A stretch of DNA of 63,982 nucleotides, the filler included, from an uncultured Clostridia bacterium (GTDB lineage Bacteria > Aerophobota > Aerophobia > Aerophobales > B3-G15): assembly GCA_964482715.1 (NCBI GenBank). It is 4 parts of 4 records of this genome, joined end to end, with 100 filler letters (N's around TTAATTAATTAA, not from the genome) between each part and the next. Parts side by side here need not be neighbours in the genome. Positions count along the whole stretch, not along the records: positions 52,368 to 63,982 come from CAYZYX010000043.1; 3 more parts are not named here. One strand, 5' to 3'. The notes under the pieces are model-generated. The model ran no database searches and was not told where the DNA came from. It saw only the letters and a list, made by a program, of their open reading frames with translations. Shown piece by piece: positions 62,029 to 63,982 of this stretch. Numbering within the stretch: position 1 is the first letter of the stretch; each line of letters begins with the position of its first letter. Made by a program: the position numbers and the translations under genes.

Positions 62029-62063
62029 CCAAAAATTAAAAGGTCGACAGTTAGAGGACTTAC

Positions 62064-62951
62064 ATGTATACCCGTTTAACTGCTAAAGCTGTTCCTTTTT
62101 TTATGGTGCTTCCTCTAATCCTTCTTTTTCTCAGTCTCGCCATGTTTCCGTTTGGTTACATGATTTACATTTCGTTTCATGATTATAATTTAGCAGAAGG
62201 TGGCTCTCCAACCTTTATCGGTGTTCAAAATTATCTCGCCATGTTTAGAGATAATGTAGCTCTATCTTCAATTAGGTTTACTCTTCTTCTTGTTTGTACA
62301 GCTGTACCCATAGAGCTTGGTCTCGGAATTGCAATAGCACTTTTTATCAGGGGTATAACAGGAGAAAAAGTTATACGGAGTTCCTTACTTCTTCCCATGA
62401 TGATTCCCTCTGTAGTAGCCGGGATTGCTTGGAAAATGCTCTACAACTATGAGTATGGCCCTATGAATTATTTTTTGTCCTTTTTTGGAATACCTCGAAT
62501 TTCATGGTTAGGGAACTATACGTTTGCTCAAATTGGCATAATATTGGCTGATGTTTGGCAGTGGACTCCTTTTATCTTTTTAATTCTGTATGCAGGTCTT
62601 CAGTCCATTCCCAGGGAACTGGCAGAAGCAGCTAAGGTAGATGGAGCCTCAGAATTTGAGATTACGAGATTTATAGAACTTCCCTTACTTGGTCCACTCA
62701 TCGGTGTATCTTTAATTATAAGGATCATTGATGTACTTAAAGTATTTGACATAATCTATATGGTTACATGGGGAGGACCAGGTTCTGCTACTCATTCTTT
62801 AAGCTACTATATCTACAAAGTAGGGGTATCTTTTGGGTGGGATATTGGCTACGCGGCAGCAATTAGTTTGGTACTCCTGGGTAGCATTGTAGCTTTAACT
62901 ACATTTTTGATTCGTATGCTTAGGTTGAAAAAATCTTTAGGTTTTGAGTAA
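62064..62951 (+). CDS. Carbohydrate ABC permease (MalF-like)
   Basis: FIGVQNY, WQWTPF, EAAKVDGA, T.GGPG. Confidence 0.9.
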   Translation: MYTRLTAKAVPFFMVLPLILLFLSLAMFPFGYMIYISFHDYNLAEGGSPTFIGVQNYLAMFRDNVALSSIRFTLLLVCTAVPIELGLGIAIALFIRGITGEKVIRSSLLLPMMIPSVVAGIAWKMLYNYEYGPMNYFLSFFGIPRISWLGNYTFAQIGIILADVWQWTPFIFLILYAGLQSIPRELAEAAKVDGASEFEITRFIELPLLGPLIGVSLIIRIIDVLKVFDIIYMVTWGGPGSATHSLSYYIYKVGVSFGWDIGYAAAISLVLLGSIVALTTFLIRMLRLKKSLGFE

Positions 62952-62972
62952 TAAAATAAAAGAAGTATCAAG

Positions 62973-63824
62973 ATGAGGCAAACAATAAAGAAAGTTGTCA
63001 AATACACGGGAGTAGCAGTAATTGCTTTCTTCTTTCTCTTTCCAGTATACTGGCTGGTAATTACCGCTTTCAAATATCCCGAGGAATGGTTTCAGTGGCC
63101 ACCAATAATAATTCCCATTAATTTGACTTTAGACAACTTTTTTGGTTTAAAAGGAGGCGTGTATGGACATCTTACTACCTCAGTAGCCAATATTACGCCT
63201 TACCTTATAAATTCAACCGTGGTCGGAGTGGTTACCGCTTTGGTATCCACAGCAATTGCCGCTTCAGCGGCGTATGCTATATCCAGGTACAAGATAGGAG
63301 GTATGAGGTTTGTTTCCTGGATAATATCCATTAGAATGCTTCCACCCATCGCCGCAGCACTTCCTCTTTATATCATATTTATGCGTCTTCATCTTCTCAA
63401 TACTTGGTGGGCGCTAATTCTATCTTACCTTTTATTGACCACCCCTCTTAGCTGCTGGATTTTACTGACCTTCTTTAACGAAATCCCCAGAGAAATGGAT
63501 GAAGTTGCCCAGGTAGATGGATGTAGTCCTTTTAAAGCGTTTGTCTATGTCATTTTGCCTTTATCTGCTCCCGGTCTCGCTGCAGTAGCAACTCTTTCCT
63601 TTATTGCGTGCTGGGGTGAATTTTTACTTGCTCTTATTCTTACCAGTAATCAGCAAGCCCAGACTCTGCCCATTTTTTTAGGCCGATACATAACAGGATG
63701 GCGAATTGCATGGGGTCCGTTATCTGCAGCAGGAATAATTAATATGGTTCCGGTTATTATCTTTAGTTTAATTATGCAACGCTACCTTATTAGAGGTCTT
63801 ACTTTCGGTGCTGTTAAAGGGTGA
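62973..63824 (+). CDS. Carbohydrate ABC permease (MalG-like)
   Basis: NS, EVAQVDG, WGEFL, QRYLIRGLTFGAVKG. Confidence 0.9.
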   Translation: MRQTIKKVVKYTGVAVIAFFFLFPVYWLVITAFKYPEEWFQWPPIIIPINLTLDNFFGLKGGVYGHLTTSVANITPYLINSTVVGVVTALVSTAIAASAAYAISRYKIGGMRFVSWIISIRMLPPIAAALPLYIIFMRLHLLNTWWALILSYLLLTTPLSCWILLTFFNEIPREMDEVAQVDGCSPFKAFVYVILPLSAPGLAAVATLSFIACWGEFLLALILTSNQQAQTLPIFLGRYITGWRIAWGPLSAAGIINMVPVIIFSLIMQRYLIRGLTFGAVKG

Positions 63825-63911
63825 AATATTTTCTTAATGGACGAATGCTTTTAAAAATAAAAAAACTTACTGAACATCCTTGCTTACATAACAGGAATGA
63901 ATTAAGCTTTT

Positions 63912-63982
63912 TTAACCTTCAACAAGTCTTCTTGCAGTCCTTACAATGTCCTCATCACCGGGCAGAAAAGCTTTTTCCAGAA
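63912..63982 (-). CDS. C-terminal end of a gene entering from the right, resembling a 2-oxoacid/acetoin dehydrogenase E1 beta subunit
   Basis: Minus frame reads LEKAFLPGDEDIVRTARRLVEG*, like the E1-beta C-terminus; only 22 residues visible. Confidence 0.5.
   Translation of the reverse strand, partial: LEKAFLPGDEDIVRTARRLVEG

Overview
An AT-rich bacterial window, probably from an uncultured anaerobe MAG. It is four contigs joined by three artificial 100-bp N44-TTAATTAATTAA-N44 linkers (contigs 1-17648, 17749-35259, 35360-52267, 52368-63982), so synteny across the linkers is not meaningful. Most content is recognisable. Transport and metabolism: a dipeptide/oligopeptide ABC operon, a LIV-type ABC + phenylacetate-CoA ligase + iorA operon, and a sugar ABC operon. 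Housekeeping: groES/groEL, dnaX-ybaB-recR, four tRNAs, tyrS-miaA-miaB, HU, prfB with its +1 programmed frameshift, a guaB-like gene, rpmB, rplU, ahcY, argS, degP and mutM. Three regions stand out. (1) 45919-52247 is a tightly packed five-gene operon I cannot assign: two unknown proteins, an atypical cytoplasmic M14 zinc carboxypeptidase, and a pair of highly divergent membrane-anchored SPFH/band-7 (HflK/HflC-like) proteins. (2) 25058-34850 couples a FabF-like ketosynthase, an SDR and a divergently transcribed B12-radical SAM enzyme to two paralogous GAF-PAS histidine kinases and a REC-HD-GYP protein, suggesting a make-and-sense lipid signalling module. (3) A ~160-nt inverted-repeat element lies between duplicated tRNA-Ala genes, with a rearranged partial copy at ~15.8 kb. 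All family calls are by-eye motif recognition; no searches were run.
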